Shown: positions 11,083 to 24,934 of the stretch, one piece after another | How the letters are laid out: every line of letters starts with the position of its first letter | How positions within the stretch are numbered: the stretch's first letter is position 1 | Assembly: GCA_003971905.1 (NCBI GenBank) | Contig: RSEE01000076.1 | Location: forward strand, 1 to 64,000 | Source of the DNA: Moniliella sp. 'wahieum' | Taxonomy: Eukaryota | Direction of reading: 5' to 3' | Length of the DNA: 64,000 bases | Notes under the pieces: generated by a model | Seen by the model: only the letters and a program-made list of their open reading frames with translations | Databases searched by the model: none | What the model was told of the DNA's origin: nothing | Translations under genes and position numbers: made by a program

Positions 11083-14000
11083 GGGATAAGAGCAGCTGCA
11101 GGATCACAGTCTAACAAGCTTCCAGCTTTCTTCAAAGCTTCAAGCAGGCTCGGCGCACCAGCTTCAAGGCGCTCAAGCTCTCAGATCTCATGCTTCAACG
11201 TTCAACGTTGAAGTTCAACCTTCAAGCTTCAAGCGCAGCGCCAGCAGATACGTAACCAGGTAACTTGTAACGCGTAACGCGTAACTGGCGTAACCGCGTT
11301 ACCCCGGTAACCACTAACCGTTAAATGTTAAACGTTAAACGTTAAACGTTAAACGTGTTCAACGTACCAGGCTCACGCACTCACCGGTCACCGGTCACCG
11401 GTCACTGTCGTTAATCGGCTCAGCGCTCAGCGCGCTAAGGCTCAGCAACGCACAGCAGAAGTGTGGGCGCATGCGCCCCGCAGTGACTAGTGGCTAGTGA
11501 CGATCACCGATCCCCTAATGATTTAATCATTAATTGATCATCGGTCATCGACCATCGACCATCTCACATGTCGCGTGCATGTCACTCGCATGTCGTCGAT
11601 CATCGATCATCGATCATCGATCGCCTGTCGTCTTCTTACATGACATGGATGATCGATGATGGTGGTGCATCCAATCGCCCAATTCTGCAGTGCGCTCAGC
11701 CTGAGCACAGGTCGCATGGCCGAGTCAGAACAGCTGTCGGTCTGCCTTGTGGATGTATATCGGTTCTTCTTGGGTCGAGCCAATACCAGTCGCTCATCGA
11801 TTATTCTTCAAACTTCATCGAATCCATCATTGACGTTTAACGTTTAACGTACTGATCGATTATCGATTATCGATCGATTATCGTTCATCGCTTCTCGACC
11901 GTGTCAATTTTATTGACCCACATCTGCCCCATCCCGATCCGGCCATCCACGCTGTTGTACGACAAGTCTGGGATGGCGCCAGCGCTGGATTCCCTGAGGA
12001 TAAACTGTCTTACCGACGCTGGAACGTTACGCGTTACGCGTCAGTACGTCAGTACACAACCACGCAATCATTCATCAGTACTCAGTGCATTAGCCCGCCG
12101 GCTATTGTCACGCATCATGTGCTCTCGATGTTCAACGTTCAGATCTCAGATCTCAGAACAGCCACTACCCCTACCCCATCTTTCCGTCTTCGATCTTAGA
12201 CTTCAGAATAAAAAGGCCATAGGCGTTACGCGTTGCGCGTTATGCACGTTACGTGTTATGCATTATGGCCTTAGGCCTTAGGCCTTATGCGCGAGCAGTC
12301 GAACCTCCCTTCTCCGCGAAACAGGCAAACAGACACTGTGCCACCTACCGTCGGTTACCGTTGTTTTGGCCACACCCACCCCACTCTTCAACTCCGTCTC
12401 TCCCCGCCCCACCTTCTGCCTATACTTCGCCCCTCGTATAACACTCCTGTTCCCTCGTCATCCAAATCAGCTCACGCTCATCCTCGTCACCCGTCACTAG
12501 TCACTATCAGTCTCCCGGGGGGGGTTCGCGCCCGTTTCCTGGCGAAGTTGCGATCCACCTCTTCTGATCTCAACGGTTTAATTGAAGTTCAACTCTCATA
12601 TTTCTCAATTCCAATAGCAAAGGGGGGGGTGTATACCTCGCAGCTGAGATGTCGGTGCCCAAGTGCTTTCGAGGATCTCCATCCATGCGGTAACTCGCGA
12701 ATCAGAGACTTGCAGATGGGATGTACTTAAAACCACCAACGGACCACACGCCGTCGATCCAGCGGCCTAATGGGAAGCTGTTGGGGAAGGCCAAAAAAGC
12801 TTGAACCACAACTCGAACACTGCAAGGCCAAGAACTCACGTTATAGGGGCGTTGGGAACTGGGTAATACGACGTTGAGCAATTAGCGGCTTCAAAGCTTG
12901 AAGCTTGAAGCTTGAAGCTTGAAACAGCTTTTGAGGGTGGAGGGTGAGCCGGTAAGGCCCTTAAGCGAAATGAACCAACGTTTCTCAAGATTATTATTAT
13001 AGGAATTGGCGATCCTCACATGTGTTACGCGTTGAGCGTTGAACGTTACGTTGATCGTACGTGGAACGTTGACGCGTTGACGTTTGGCGAGACTGAAAGA
13101 ATTCTGCTGAGAGCACGTGTACATGCAGGACGATCGAGGGGTGGGAGGACGAGTAGTCGAACACCGGGGAGCTGTCAAACGTTAACCGACAGAGGGCTTT
13201 CTCATAACTACTATAACTAACTGACGATTGCACCTATGCAGGGCAGCAACAGTTTTACAAGAGACATAATTTGAGTCGTGTAAGCTTGTGATGCATGCGA
13301 CCCTAATCCGACCTTGAGTGCAACCGGGAGAAACAGAAGGAGGGGGCGAGGCGCGATGGTATCCAGTCCGGAGCGCGCAAGCCGCGGAGAACACGGTGCA
13401 ACTATTATTACTACTCGTTCCGCTTAATATCTAAGCGATTTTGCCGACAAAGCCAAGTCAACTAGTGTGGTTCACATGTAATGCCACTACACCCCGAAAG
13501 GGGGGGTACTATATGCCGCCAAGACAGTCAACAAAATGCCAGAGCACTGGAAGAGAATCTCACTACGGGAGAAGGGTTTCATCGCCATATGATGGCCACG
13601 CGCATTCGAACCCACTTGGACAAAACATCCAGTTGGAAACGAATGGCGGGGGAGCCATAGAGGATTCCAACCTACTGACATATGAGATCACCACAACGGG
13701 CCTCTTGATTAAGTTGGCACCAGCTAGCACACCAACCGGATAAGCGAGCCTGGGCTAAATGGGTTCGTTGTCCCCGTCTACATATATCGCCTTACACATG
13801 TTGTAACGGAATACGAACTAAAAAAGAGCCACTCCTACAGACCTCAGACACCAGTCTTCTCGGCAAAGCCCGGACTGTGGTCCAATCCACACGGTGTAAA
13901 ACGGTACTTTCGCTTGGAAAAGGAGAGGCAATTCACAGTTGAACGTTGATCGAGCATCTGAACAGTAACGACGAGACGAGGTCCGGACGGAGCGAGAGAC

Positions 14001-15600
14001 GAGGTAAAGCCTCTCTGGAATCGAGGCGTTGACTCGCGGGGGCAATTTAGGATGAGCATGTGCAATTGAACAGAACGAGCAAAACAAGAGTGCTACAGTC
14101 TCAGAACTGGAAGATTGGCCGGAGGTTGAGGCGCAGGCAACGAGACATGGTAGGACAGACCCCTCCTGTCACAAATATAATCACTGCGGAATAAATAGCT
14201 CAATTTTCGTAGCATACGGTCACGACGCGGGATGCGCACGGAGCAGACCGGATACTGGATGTTTGTCTGATGTTCATAAGTCTTCTTGCAGGTCTAACCT
14301 AGGGAAGGAAGGAGACAAGAGGATCGTATGAGCTCGGCCCGCCGATGTGTTCCCCCCTCTGTAACATGGCTCTGTAACATGGCTCTTTCTGAAGTTGCCC
14401 TCCACCCTCCTTTTTGAGGCATCTTGAACCTCACCGTAGTGCCCGAGCCGATTGTCGGTTTCGAAGGACCAGGAAGAAAGACAGGGGACGGATGCTGAGG
14501 CGACGCCGCCAAAGGAGCTCTTGAAGTTGGTACCTGCAGCTTTTTTGCCCGTCCCGTAACGTGCGTGCATGATGCATAATGGAAGAAGGACTCCAGTTTA
14601 CTGTGCCCCTGCAACACTGGTTTCACAGCAGCGCACTCACCGCCGCCCACCTTCGCTGTTCTTACATGTATCACTCGGAAAGACTGTCGGGCAAATTTAT
14701 CTGGCTGTCTGGCATCGCTAATCTAATCTGTTGTACCACATCCCTGTGTTAATGGGACAAGAGCACTGTCTCTGTTAGCTGTGGTTGCAAAAAGGCAGGA
14801 ACGCGTCTAAAGCGCTCTCAGAACCGCGCAGAAGTTAAGTTGTCCAAGGCGATGCAAGTGTTGTGATGCTCTTGTTGTGCCGACAAGCTTCAAGGCGCGC
14901 ACTAATGGCCTCCCACGTTCAGAGCATCATTTTACTTTGATTACGGGCATGGTTTCCTTAGTCTTTCCAATGCATTGGAGGATGGAGATGGGCTGCGCCT
15001 CTTGCACACCATCGTTGATAAACGATAAAACCGTCACGGCGGAGCAAAAACAGAGTTCTCCCTCCATGGAGTAACGCTTTCTCCTTCTGGCGTTGTACTT
15101 GGTGCGGCGCCGTTTTGTCCTGTCGGGGTTCCCACGCCCGCCATATGCATCAGTTCTTCTTTCTTCATAAAACCCTCCCTTCCCCGCTCCAAGGTTTGCT
15201 TGGTATTGGTTCTAACAGGTTTGGTAAATCGGCGCTACGGCGGTGTAGACACAAAAGGATGTGGATTCCCACCTGCATAGGAGGCCATAGGAAATTTGCA
15301 TGGTAGAAAAGAAGCAATCTCTAGCAGTGCCCCATAGGGCACTACACACAAGCAAGATAATAACCACCCCGGTTTTCTGTGAGATCGGAGCAGCACGCCC
15401 AGAGACGTGGGCCATATAAGGACGGATAAAAAGGTCATGGGGGGCATGTTCCTATACGGAAGCAACTGCTGCACACACACACGGCGAAGCGAGCATGGCA
15501 ATCGAGGTACCGGTTTGGTTCCACCTTGGACCAAAATCTGCACACATAAAAAGGTCAGCCTGCGGGACCCATCCTCCCTGTCCAGCACAACGAGTCATGC

Positions 15601-16316
15601 TCAACGCACATTAATGAGGTCAAAGTAGATCGTCAGGCCTACCGCCACTCCCAGTCCAACAACCAGGAAGATGAGCAAGAAAATCAAGAGCGGGGGGACA
15701 CGGGGCATCCGGGCCATGTGGCCCCGCATCGTGTCGAGTCCAGTTTGAAGCTTGGATGGGGTAGCTGGAGCGGCGGGCGGTGCCTCCTTCAACACCGCCC
15801 TGGCACTCGCGGGCGTCTTGGGTGTCGAAGGAGTCTTGGGGGTAGCCGCAACGGAGGTCGGCGGAGGCAAGTAGTGAACGCGGAGTTTGTGCTGGTGAAT
15901 CGAGCCCTTGTCCTGTTTCTCCACCACGGTCCAAAGTCCATCGGGGCGACCGAGGCCAACGATGCCGGAATCTGCGCCGTCTGGATCAGAAACTTGTCGG
16001 CGCATTGGCGTCGGCGGCCGGTTCAGAGGACAAGGGCTGGTGCATCACCTGCACCACCGTCGTCTTCCCAGCTTCGACGCGACCGGCATTGGGCTTGACG
16101 CAGTAGAGCTGGGGGAGGTGGTCTTGATCTTAAACGCGAGGGGGTAGGAGTTGGGGTTGGTGATCTCGAGCGGGCGGGTGCCAGCTTGGTGAGTGGGCGG
16201 CCAAAGTTGAGTTGCTCCGGGGGCGAGAGTCTGTGGGGGGGGGGAGGCGGCGACGGAGCAGGTGAGTGGGGGGCGGGGGGCGGGGGGGCGGGAGAATGGA
16301 CGTACTTGACCGACAT
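15601..16316 (-). CDS. SCS2: VAMP-associated protein (MSP domain + C-terminal TM), Scs2/VAP family
   Basis: MSVK|LSPPEQLNFGRPLT, LEITNPNSYPLAFKIKTTSP, IHQHKLRVHYL and a C-terminal hydrophobic helix; intron 16231-16305; frameshifts. Confidence 0.85.
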
Positions 16317-17445
16317 GGAAGAGCGCGATGCCAAGCACAGCGAGCACGGCAGCCGAGGCGGTGGTGGCAGCGGACAGGCCGGGGCGCGGGGCGCAGGTGC
16401 TGCTGGTGTTGTGTTTGGATCCAATGGGCGTTGCGACGACGTTTCTACCTGGCGGCGGGGTGCACAGGGCACGGCGCCAGTGCGGGTATAGGCTGCTAGG
16501 CACCGCACCACCGGGGGATGCGCCACACAGGCCGCGTGCGGGCAGAGGCTTTCACTTTCCCAGTGCATCCCACGCCGAATCACCCGCACGGGAGGACTGT
16601 CGCACGGGGGCGTGGTGATGCGGCCGGTGATGCCGGTGATGCACCCGAGGCGCCTCGGCTGATTTGGGACCTACCCCGACCTACCCTTTGGCTCGCCATC
16701 TCGCCACTCCCACAGCTGACCCTTGCCCGCCACGCCCCCCACCCCGCCGGCCCCTGGCGCCTGACGCTTGATGTCAAGCTTGATGCCTGCCGCTCCCCCC
16801 CCCCCTTGTCCAGCAGAACAGACCGTCCCTCCCCTCGCGGCGACCCATCGGCGCCCCCGACGCCCACCCACGTCAACGTTCAACGGGCGTGGGGACCGGG
16901 TCCGTCGTCCGCCTCCGTCGTTCGCGCCCTCCCATTGCATCGCTTGCTGCCGTGCCATCTACACCCATTCTGGCGTCCCGGCTGCCAGCTGCAGGGGACT
17001 ACCCGTCTAGCTTCCCCAGCTGCCGACCGCTGCGGCCAGATCCCACGCATTCGTCTCGTTTTCGGTTTGCAGGTGCCATAGTCACTTGTCCAGCGGAGGG
17101 CCATGGAATGCGGGATGATCATCATCGATGAGGCCTGAGGCCTGAGGAGAGGAATAGAAAACACAAGACGCTGCTCAAGCGGCGGAGATGATAGGGGAGA
17201 ACACGCAGTGGCTTCACAGCTGCTCAAGGGACAGGCCGGGGGGGGGGGGGGGGGGCTCGACAGACAAGCGGGTAGAGAAGGGGCCTGCATGAGCCGCCAG
17301 GCGTGGGTGAAACGTTGGGGGAGCCGAGGCCGACGTAAGGAGGTGGGCGAGGAGGCGCAGACGGGTCTAGAGAGATGGGCCAAAAAAGAGGCGAGCAGAT
17401 GAAGGAGGAGGAGAAGAGGCAGGGGCAGGGTGTGCACGCTGGGTA

Positions 17446-18352
<907 letters not shown>

Positions 18353-19012
18353 GCTGGCAGAGAGGTGTGGGGAGGCACTGGAAGGGGGTGGGAGGAGGGG
18401 CGAGGAAAGCAGGGGCAAGCAGGGGCGGGCAGGGGCGAGCAGGCGCTGGTGGTGCGGTGGGGCAGAGGCCGTGGGCACATCGCATCCAACCAATTGCAGC
18501 GGCCCAGCGCGCAGCGGGACCACGTGGCTTGCATATTGCCACTTTCAACCTGCGGCTTGGTTCCTAATTCATTCCCCTGACGACGATGCCTACGCCGGCG
18601 TCCATCTGGCCCGATGCCTGTCCTCTCTTTCTCGGCTCCGTTCCCGTCGGACGCGCAGGCGGGCGCTCCGAACGGGATGGATTCGGCTGGGTCCATCGTT
18701 GGGGGTTGCGGCAAGGTGTGGCGGTAGGTATGGTGGGCTAGGCTTCCTACATGAGGGTTTTTCGCCCTCCATTGACGGCGGAGAGAAGCTCCACCTACTA
18801 ATGTCCTGGATGTGTACAGAGCGTACCGAGTATGGGGGCACGGGTAGCGTGCTGGACTGCATCCCATAGAGGCTCTGAGCGCGCCCATCGATCGGCTACG
18901 GTCAGATGGAGCAATAACAAAAGCGGTGCATGAGTGGTAACGTGGGGCAATGGCCCATGGCCCTTTGGTTGGGGGGGGGGGGTGAGGCGACTAAGCTCAG
19001 GGAGGAGCAAGA

Positions 19013-20741
19013 TCAGAACCGCGGCAGCTGGATCCCCCCCTCCCGCATCCACTTCACCAAGCTGGGCGTCACCGTCAGCTGGCACGTCAGTCGCGACGCC
19101 GCTTCTCGGCCCATGGCATAGTCCAGCATGTCCTCCTCGGCCTCCGACGGCGGTGGCACCGCCTCCTCCGGCGCCGGTTCGTCCGTGCTCCCCCGCGCGG
19201 CTGTGCCGGGTCCAGTGGTGGCGCAAGGTAGGCGTGGCACGTTGCACACTCCAGTTGCCCGCCGCAGGTGGCCTCGATCGAAGGCAACGCATTCCGCTTC
19301 GCCACCTGCATCACATTTCCCCTAGTTGCGCCGGCACATCAAACCACGTCCCGTCAAAGGAGCGGAAACTCAATGTGACCGACGGCTCCTCTTGGGCGCT
19401 GGTGCTCGTCGATACCGTAGAAGTCTGCTCCTCGGCAGAAGGGACGGGTTCCAGAGGCGCCGTGGCTGCTTTGGCGTTTGCCTCTGCCTCGGACGTGGCG
19501 TTTGTCTCTGCCTCGGATGCGGAGGGCAGAGGCGAGGCCCTCTTAACTCGACGAGCGGGAGTCAAGGTGGCAGCGAGGGTGAGCGGTGGCCCCCAAATCT
19601 CATACAGCTTGGACATTTCTTTCTGGTCCAGACCCAAGCGGCCACGCCAGCGAGGCCAATGAACCATTTTTTCCCGCTCATCCGACAAGTCGTAGCGGGA
19701 ATTGATGGGGCTTGAGCGGCGCGCAACAGCAGGCCAGCATCCATAGGGCGCAAGTTGCCGTACCAGTCGCCGTGCGGGTACACCAACCCATTCGCCGCCC
19801 ACTTGTGTCCGCCAATGTGGGAGATGGCGTAGATGCGCGTCTCTTTCAACTTGCCTTCTGCACGCAGATTTTCCTCGTAAAACGCCTTGCGCAACGTGTC
19901 AATCAACGTGCCTCCCACAACGCCACAGCGACAGTCGCGCATCCCGTGCGCGCAAACATAAATGTGCGCCTTGTCCCCTGGATTGGAACGGGCCGTCTGG
20001 ACCGGGACCGATGGAGGGCGCTGACGATACGCTCAGCCAAGGGAGCACCCTCGTCGACCGTGTCGAGGGAGAGGGGCCCAAGCGTGGCCATCTTGCCCGG
20101 TGTGTAAATATGCAATAGAAACTCTTCTCGCTCGCCCACATCACCGGGAAGGGGACGCAGCAGTTTGTTGCGATGGGGGTCCCAGTCGGGGAAAGAGGAT
20201 GGTGAACCAGATGGATCGCTGCGCGGAGCGCCGGGGTAGGACAGCTCGCCATCGGCAAAGCTAATTCCGTACCCTTCTAGCGACCCACCCGCTTTGGACC
20301 GAGAAGAAAGCTCCGAGACAAGCGGGGAGATGCTCTCCAGTGTCGACGGCCACGAGTTGGCCGGCCGTGGGCGCGAAGAGGGATGGATGATAATGTGGCC
20401 TTTGTATTCGGGGGCAGAGGCCGGGAGGGGCGCTTGGTCGTAGGGCATGATGGGGATGGCGCCTTGGGCGTCCAGTGCTGGAGTCGGGTCGTACGGCAGA
20501 GGAGTTCCGCCACCACATCCACACGCACCCGACCCAGACCCACAGCCAGCACACACGCTTGGCGACGTGGAGAGGCAGCGGCGAGAGGCGTGGGGAGCGC
20601 CGGCGATGCGCAGCCGACCGGCCGCGGCAGCCGCGGGCGGGCCGCCCAAGGCAGACGGGGCGCAGGGAGCACGGGGGCCGTCCGCGCCCCCGTCCGCGCC
20701 AGTGGCAAGAGGAGCGTCCGGGCGAGGGAGCGGGACGCCAT
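19013..20741 (-). CDS. Aim32/Apd1-type (sucrase/ferredoxin-like) 2Fe-2S protein fused to a C-terminal adrenodoxin-type ferredoxin; likely mitochondrial presequence
   Basis: IYVCAHGMRDCRCG (C-x8-C), SHIGGHKWAAN, DWYG, WRGRLG; then CGGQLECATCH...EEDMLD...SRLTCQ. Arg/Leu/Ala-rich N-terminus MASRSLARTLLLPLAR. Several frameshifts. Confidence 0.85.
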
Positions 20742-20982
20742 GGTCGGCGGTGGCGTCGATGGCTGCGCGCGGGCGGGGGGGGTGGTGGGGGGGTGTGTGG
20801 AGTGGGGGGTCGCGGGTCTGGGTTGCTCCGATCTCAGACCTTCTCGATTGGTCAGCTGCCGGCGAGCAGAAACGGACCAGACCGGAGTTTAAATCCGAGC
20901 CTCACTGCACCTTTTTCGCGGCCTTCCGGCAGACGGCGTTGACGATCGCAATTTCCCCACCGCCACTGCCACTGCTCCAACG

Positions 20983-22496
20983 ATGATCGCGGCGCACAAG
21001 CAAGCACCACCGACCCTCTCCCGCGCCTCGTCCTCCTCGCCGAGTGGAAGGTACGTTGGCGCCTGCCTCCCTTCCCTTGTGCGGCGTGCCGGCGCCGGCG
21101 ACCAGTGACTGACGCGACGCATTCGGCCAGGCCATCTGGACCGCGCCTGGGGCCTGGCGTGGAACCCAGTCGAGCCCATTTTGGCCTCGTGCTCGGCGGA
21201 TAAGAATGTGCGCCTGCATCGCTACCGCATGCAGAACGGGACAGGCGCAGGTGCGGTGTTCCAAACGCAGACTACCCTCGACACGGGCCATGGCGGACGG
21301 TACGTGCGCTGGCCTGGACGCCCGATGGCCAGGTATTGGCCACTGCTTCGTTTGATTCAACGATTGGCGTGTGGGAGCCGCTGGAAGAGTACGAGGAAGG
21401 GGAGACGGAGCGGAGCCATGCGACGGGCCTGGGACGAGTGGGAGTGCATTGGCACGTTGGAGGGACACGATAGTGAAGTGAAAGGCGTGGCATTTTCTCA
21501 TGATGGAACCCTGCTGGCGTCCTGTTCACGGGACAAGAGTGTGTGGGTGTGGGAGACTCAGCCGGACTCGGAGTTTGATGTTTGTCGGTCTTGATGGAGC
21601 ACTCGCAAGATGTCAAGCCGTCGCCTGGCATCCGCGCGAAGAGCTCTTGGCTTCGGCAAGCTACGATGACACGATCAAGTTGTATGCGGATGATCCTAGT
21701 GACGATTGGTTTGTTGTCCAGACCTTGGTTGGACACACGTCTACAGTCTGGTCCCTCTCCTTCTCCCCTGACGGCACATTTCTCGCATCTGCCTCGACGA
21801 CCGCACCGTGCGCATTTGGCGCCGACTCACCGAGCATCAAGCCCAGCTCCAAGGGTTGCCATCCAACCAACGCTGGCAGTGCACAACGTCCTCCGCGGCT
21901 GGCACACCCGTGCCATCCTCTCGGTTTCGTGGAGCTCGACCGGGCATCTGGGTAGCAAAGATAGGGGTCTCCTTGCTTCGACCGGCTCTGACGGCAATAT
22001 CGTGGTGTACCAAGTGGTAAGTACCGAGAGACGCTCTGGGTGCACAAGGGCGGGATCTGACACGCTTGGGTTTCCATCTTTTTCTTTGTTTTTGTTGTCT
22101 CTTTTGCTCAGACGGAGGCGCCGGATCTGGCCAAATCGGTCGTGCCCACTGTGACGGCCCTCGCTCGCGTCCCGGCCGCCCATGGTCTGTCGGATGTCAA
22201 CTGTGTTACGTGGGGGCCGGGATGTGGCGGCAAACAAGAGGAAAGCAGCCGGTTTGGCAGGCCGGTTGGAGGATGAGTCGGAGGCACGAGACGATGCTGC
22301 GCCGGGATCGGGTACGGTGCAGGCATCCGACATGCTGGCCACATGTGCCGATGATGGGACAGTCAAGGTCTGGGTCTTGCCCTCCTCGCCTTTGGCCCCC
22401 TGGTCGCGGTGGAAGCCTGCCAAAGAGGCGTCTGGTGCAATCGACCCTTCCGCAACAAAGGTGGCCCAAGCTGAGCTGGCTCTTCCTTCCGCCTAA
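20983..22496 (+). CDS. CIA1: Cytosolic Fe-S assembly WD40 protein Cia1/CIAO1
   Basis: HLDRAWGLAWNP..ILASCSADKNVRL, WECIGTLEGHDSEVKGVAFS..LLASCSRDKSVWVWE, MEHSQDVK, LASASYDDTIKLY, DVNCV, LATCADDGTVKVW; introns ~21051-21130 and ~22017-22110. Confidence 0.92.
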
Positions 22497-22662
22497 ACAT
22501 CTTCACATGATGGAGGTAGGAGCATACTTGTGATCTACTCTATTTCCCAGTCTCCCTTCTTCTGGCTGACTAGTCCCCGCCCATCTCGGTCAGTTCCGTA
22601 GTCAGACATAACAAGACATAATACCCATTGCGAGATAAAGTAGATGGATGGAGGTCCCAGGC

Positions 22663-23604
22663 TCAGTAGCCTGCCTCGGCAGTTTCGTTGGCTGCTGAAG
22701 TGCCAAGCGCAGCATCAAGAATGGCTTGGGTTCCCGACGCACCAATCCGATCCGCCCCATTGGCCACCATCAGCTGACACGTTTCCCACGAACGAATGCC
22801 GCCCGACGCTTTGACCTGGGTCTTTCCCTCACCAAACCGGTCGGCCACATAGCGAAGCAAGCGAATGGCCTCGGGCGTCGCCCCACCTGGGCCGTAGCCC
22901 GTCGACGTTTTGAGAAAGACGGCGCCGGCCAGCGTAGCGACCAGAGCAGAAGCAGCAATCTCCTGGTACGTCAGAGCGGCCGTCTCGAGAATGACCTTGA
23001 CGGGAACCGGGGCGGCAGCTTGCACCACGGCCTTCACGTCCTGGAACAGGAGGTCGTACTGACCGTTCTTGACGAGACCTTGATTCTGCACCTACATTCG
23101 CACATCATAGGACCAACGGGGAAGGGGAAAGGGAAGGGGAGGGGTAAGTTAGTTGCCGCTCATGCCACCCACACCCACTACAGCCACCGGGAAAGGGGAA
23201 GATATACCATGTCAATTTCGGCTGCCCCATCGACAATTGCCTGCTTTGTCTCGGCAACCTTGGCCTGGGTACTGGACGCGCCAAAGGGGAAGGCGATAAC
23301 CGAGATGGGAGGCACGGTGCCCCCCAGCCGAGCCAACGCAGCTGCAGCCACGGGCACCATGCTGCTATTCACACACACGGTCGCCGTGCCGAGCTTGGTA
23401 GCGGCCTCGCACACCTGGATCACCTGCGCATCGGTCGCAGCGGGAGCGAGCAAGGTGTGGTCGATGATCTTGGCCACCTGGGTGGGTCCAGGGGCTTGGG
23501 CGGGAGCGGGGGGAGCGGGTGGGCGCTGGGGTCGGCGATCGACGGTTCCTTGAGCAGCGCCTCGACCGGGCGCTGACGGACTCGGGGACGCGGGGGGCAG
23601 ACAT
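22663..23604 (-). CDS. DERA: Deoxyribose-phosphate aldolase (DeoC/DERA)
   Basis: IIDHTLL, VCVN, VIAFPFG, GAAEIDM|VQN, VKVILET, FLKTSTG, VKASGGIR, RIGAS; intron 23092-23207. Confidence 0.95.
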
Positions 23605-24934
23605 GGCGGTGGCGAGGGCGCAGGGGGGCGAAGGAAGAAGGCCGAACGGACAAGCAAGGGAAGCGAAAAGGAATGGGAGGCGGGCGGCGGGAGGGGACTT
23701 TGGGCAGCTACTTGACTAGAGGGACAGCGTCTAGTCAATAGTGACTAGTGACTGGGCCTGTGCCGGTGTCTGTGCCTGGCGGCTGGCCAGGCGGCTGGCC
23801 AGGCGGCTGGCCTGAGTAACTGAGTACTGAGTCTGCTTGGATAGGAGCCGTGGGAGGCGTGGGGCAGCAAGCTCAAGCTTCCACCTCCATTTCAAGCCAA
23901 GGCGCGCGTTACGAGCGCACCAAGCCCCACGTTCCACGTTCCACCGCCCACGACTACAAACTTTCAATGCCAGCCCACCCTGCTCTGCTCGCCGCTCCGC
24001 CTTGGCAAGCCTAGGCCTCCTCCGAGTCGTGTTGTCCACGCGCAGCGCTTCCGCTCTGGCTCCCGCCACCCCCGTCCCACGGGACGCGGTTGGATGATGC
24101 TGTGCGTTGGCCGACCCAGCCCACATCAACCGTGCTCGCTCGACCGTGGGACAGACGACACAGACGACAGCGACATTCCAGGTGAGAGGATCGATGAGCG
24201 TTATCGCGCAGCGCTCACTGAGCTCAGCATTGCAATCTGTGGGGGGTTCCACCGCTTTCTTTTTCATGGCGACGGACCATGGGAGGGTGCCCTTTTGAGA
24301 TGGAATGAAGCTGATGCGGGAAGGTGGGGACAAACAGGTAAGCACACTATCTTCTGCACCTGTCCCCTGTGCCTACGTTCGACCTATTCCACGTTTTCCC
24401 TTTCGATGGCAGTCCAACCCTACCTGCATACAAGAAAGACAACCTGCTTCCACCGCTGGACATGAGTGCCGGAGCAGGGCGAGCTGCTCTGGGGCCCACA
24501 GGCTCCTGGCAGCGATACCAATTGATGCGCTTGCCATGTTTTCAACAGAGCAGGCGTACAGTGCGCCCAGATCGGGGTTTATCAAGACGTGAACACACTG
24601 TGCACCGTTCCTCTTCCATCTCTCCTCTGCTACCCTGAGCGTTGCCCTTTTCATCTGGGGACTAGAGGTGGAAACAGTTATCTCATTCTCGGCGGTGAAT
24701 GGAGGCACGAGCAAAGGACCATCTGCACGCGCCGCACAAGAGCGGGGGTACGCGTAGATCCCCGATCCCAGGAATTGAGTGAGATGCGGGTCGAAGCTGC
24801 TAGAGGTGATGTGTGCGTTGGTCCGCATGTCTGGTGATACGCGATGCCTCGGTTGCGAGTCTATGGAAGGAAGTGGGGAGGGGGTCAAGCAATGTGGATC
24901 GATTGGCACAGCTTGGGAGGTGGGATAGAAGCGC

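Noticed and set aside
13477..14097. Further TG..CA-bounded segments (13477-13796, 13802-14097) as solo LTRs
   Set aside because: No matching TSDs and no second copy in the window; cannot be supported by eye.
22663..23604. DeoC as a bacterial transfer
   Set aside because: It contains a spliceosomal intron, and DERA is widespread in eukaryotes; nothing in the sequence supports recent HGT.
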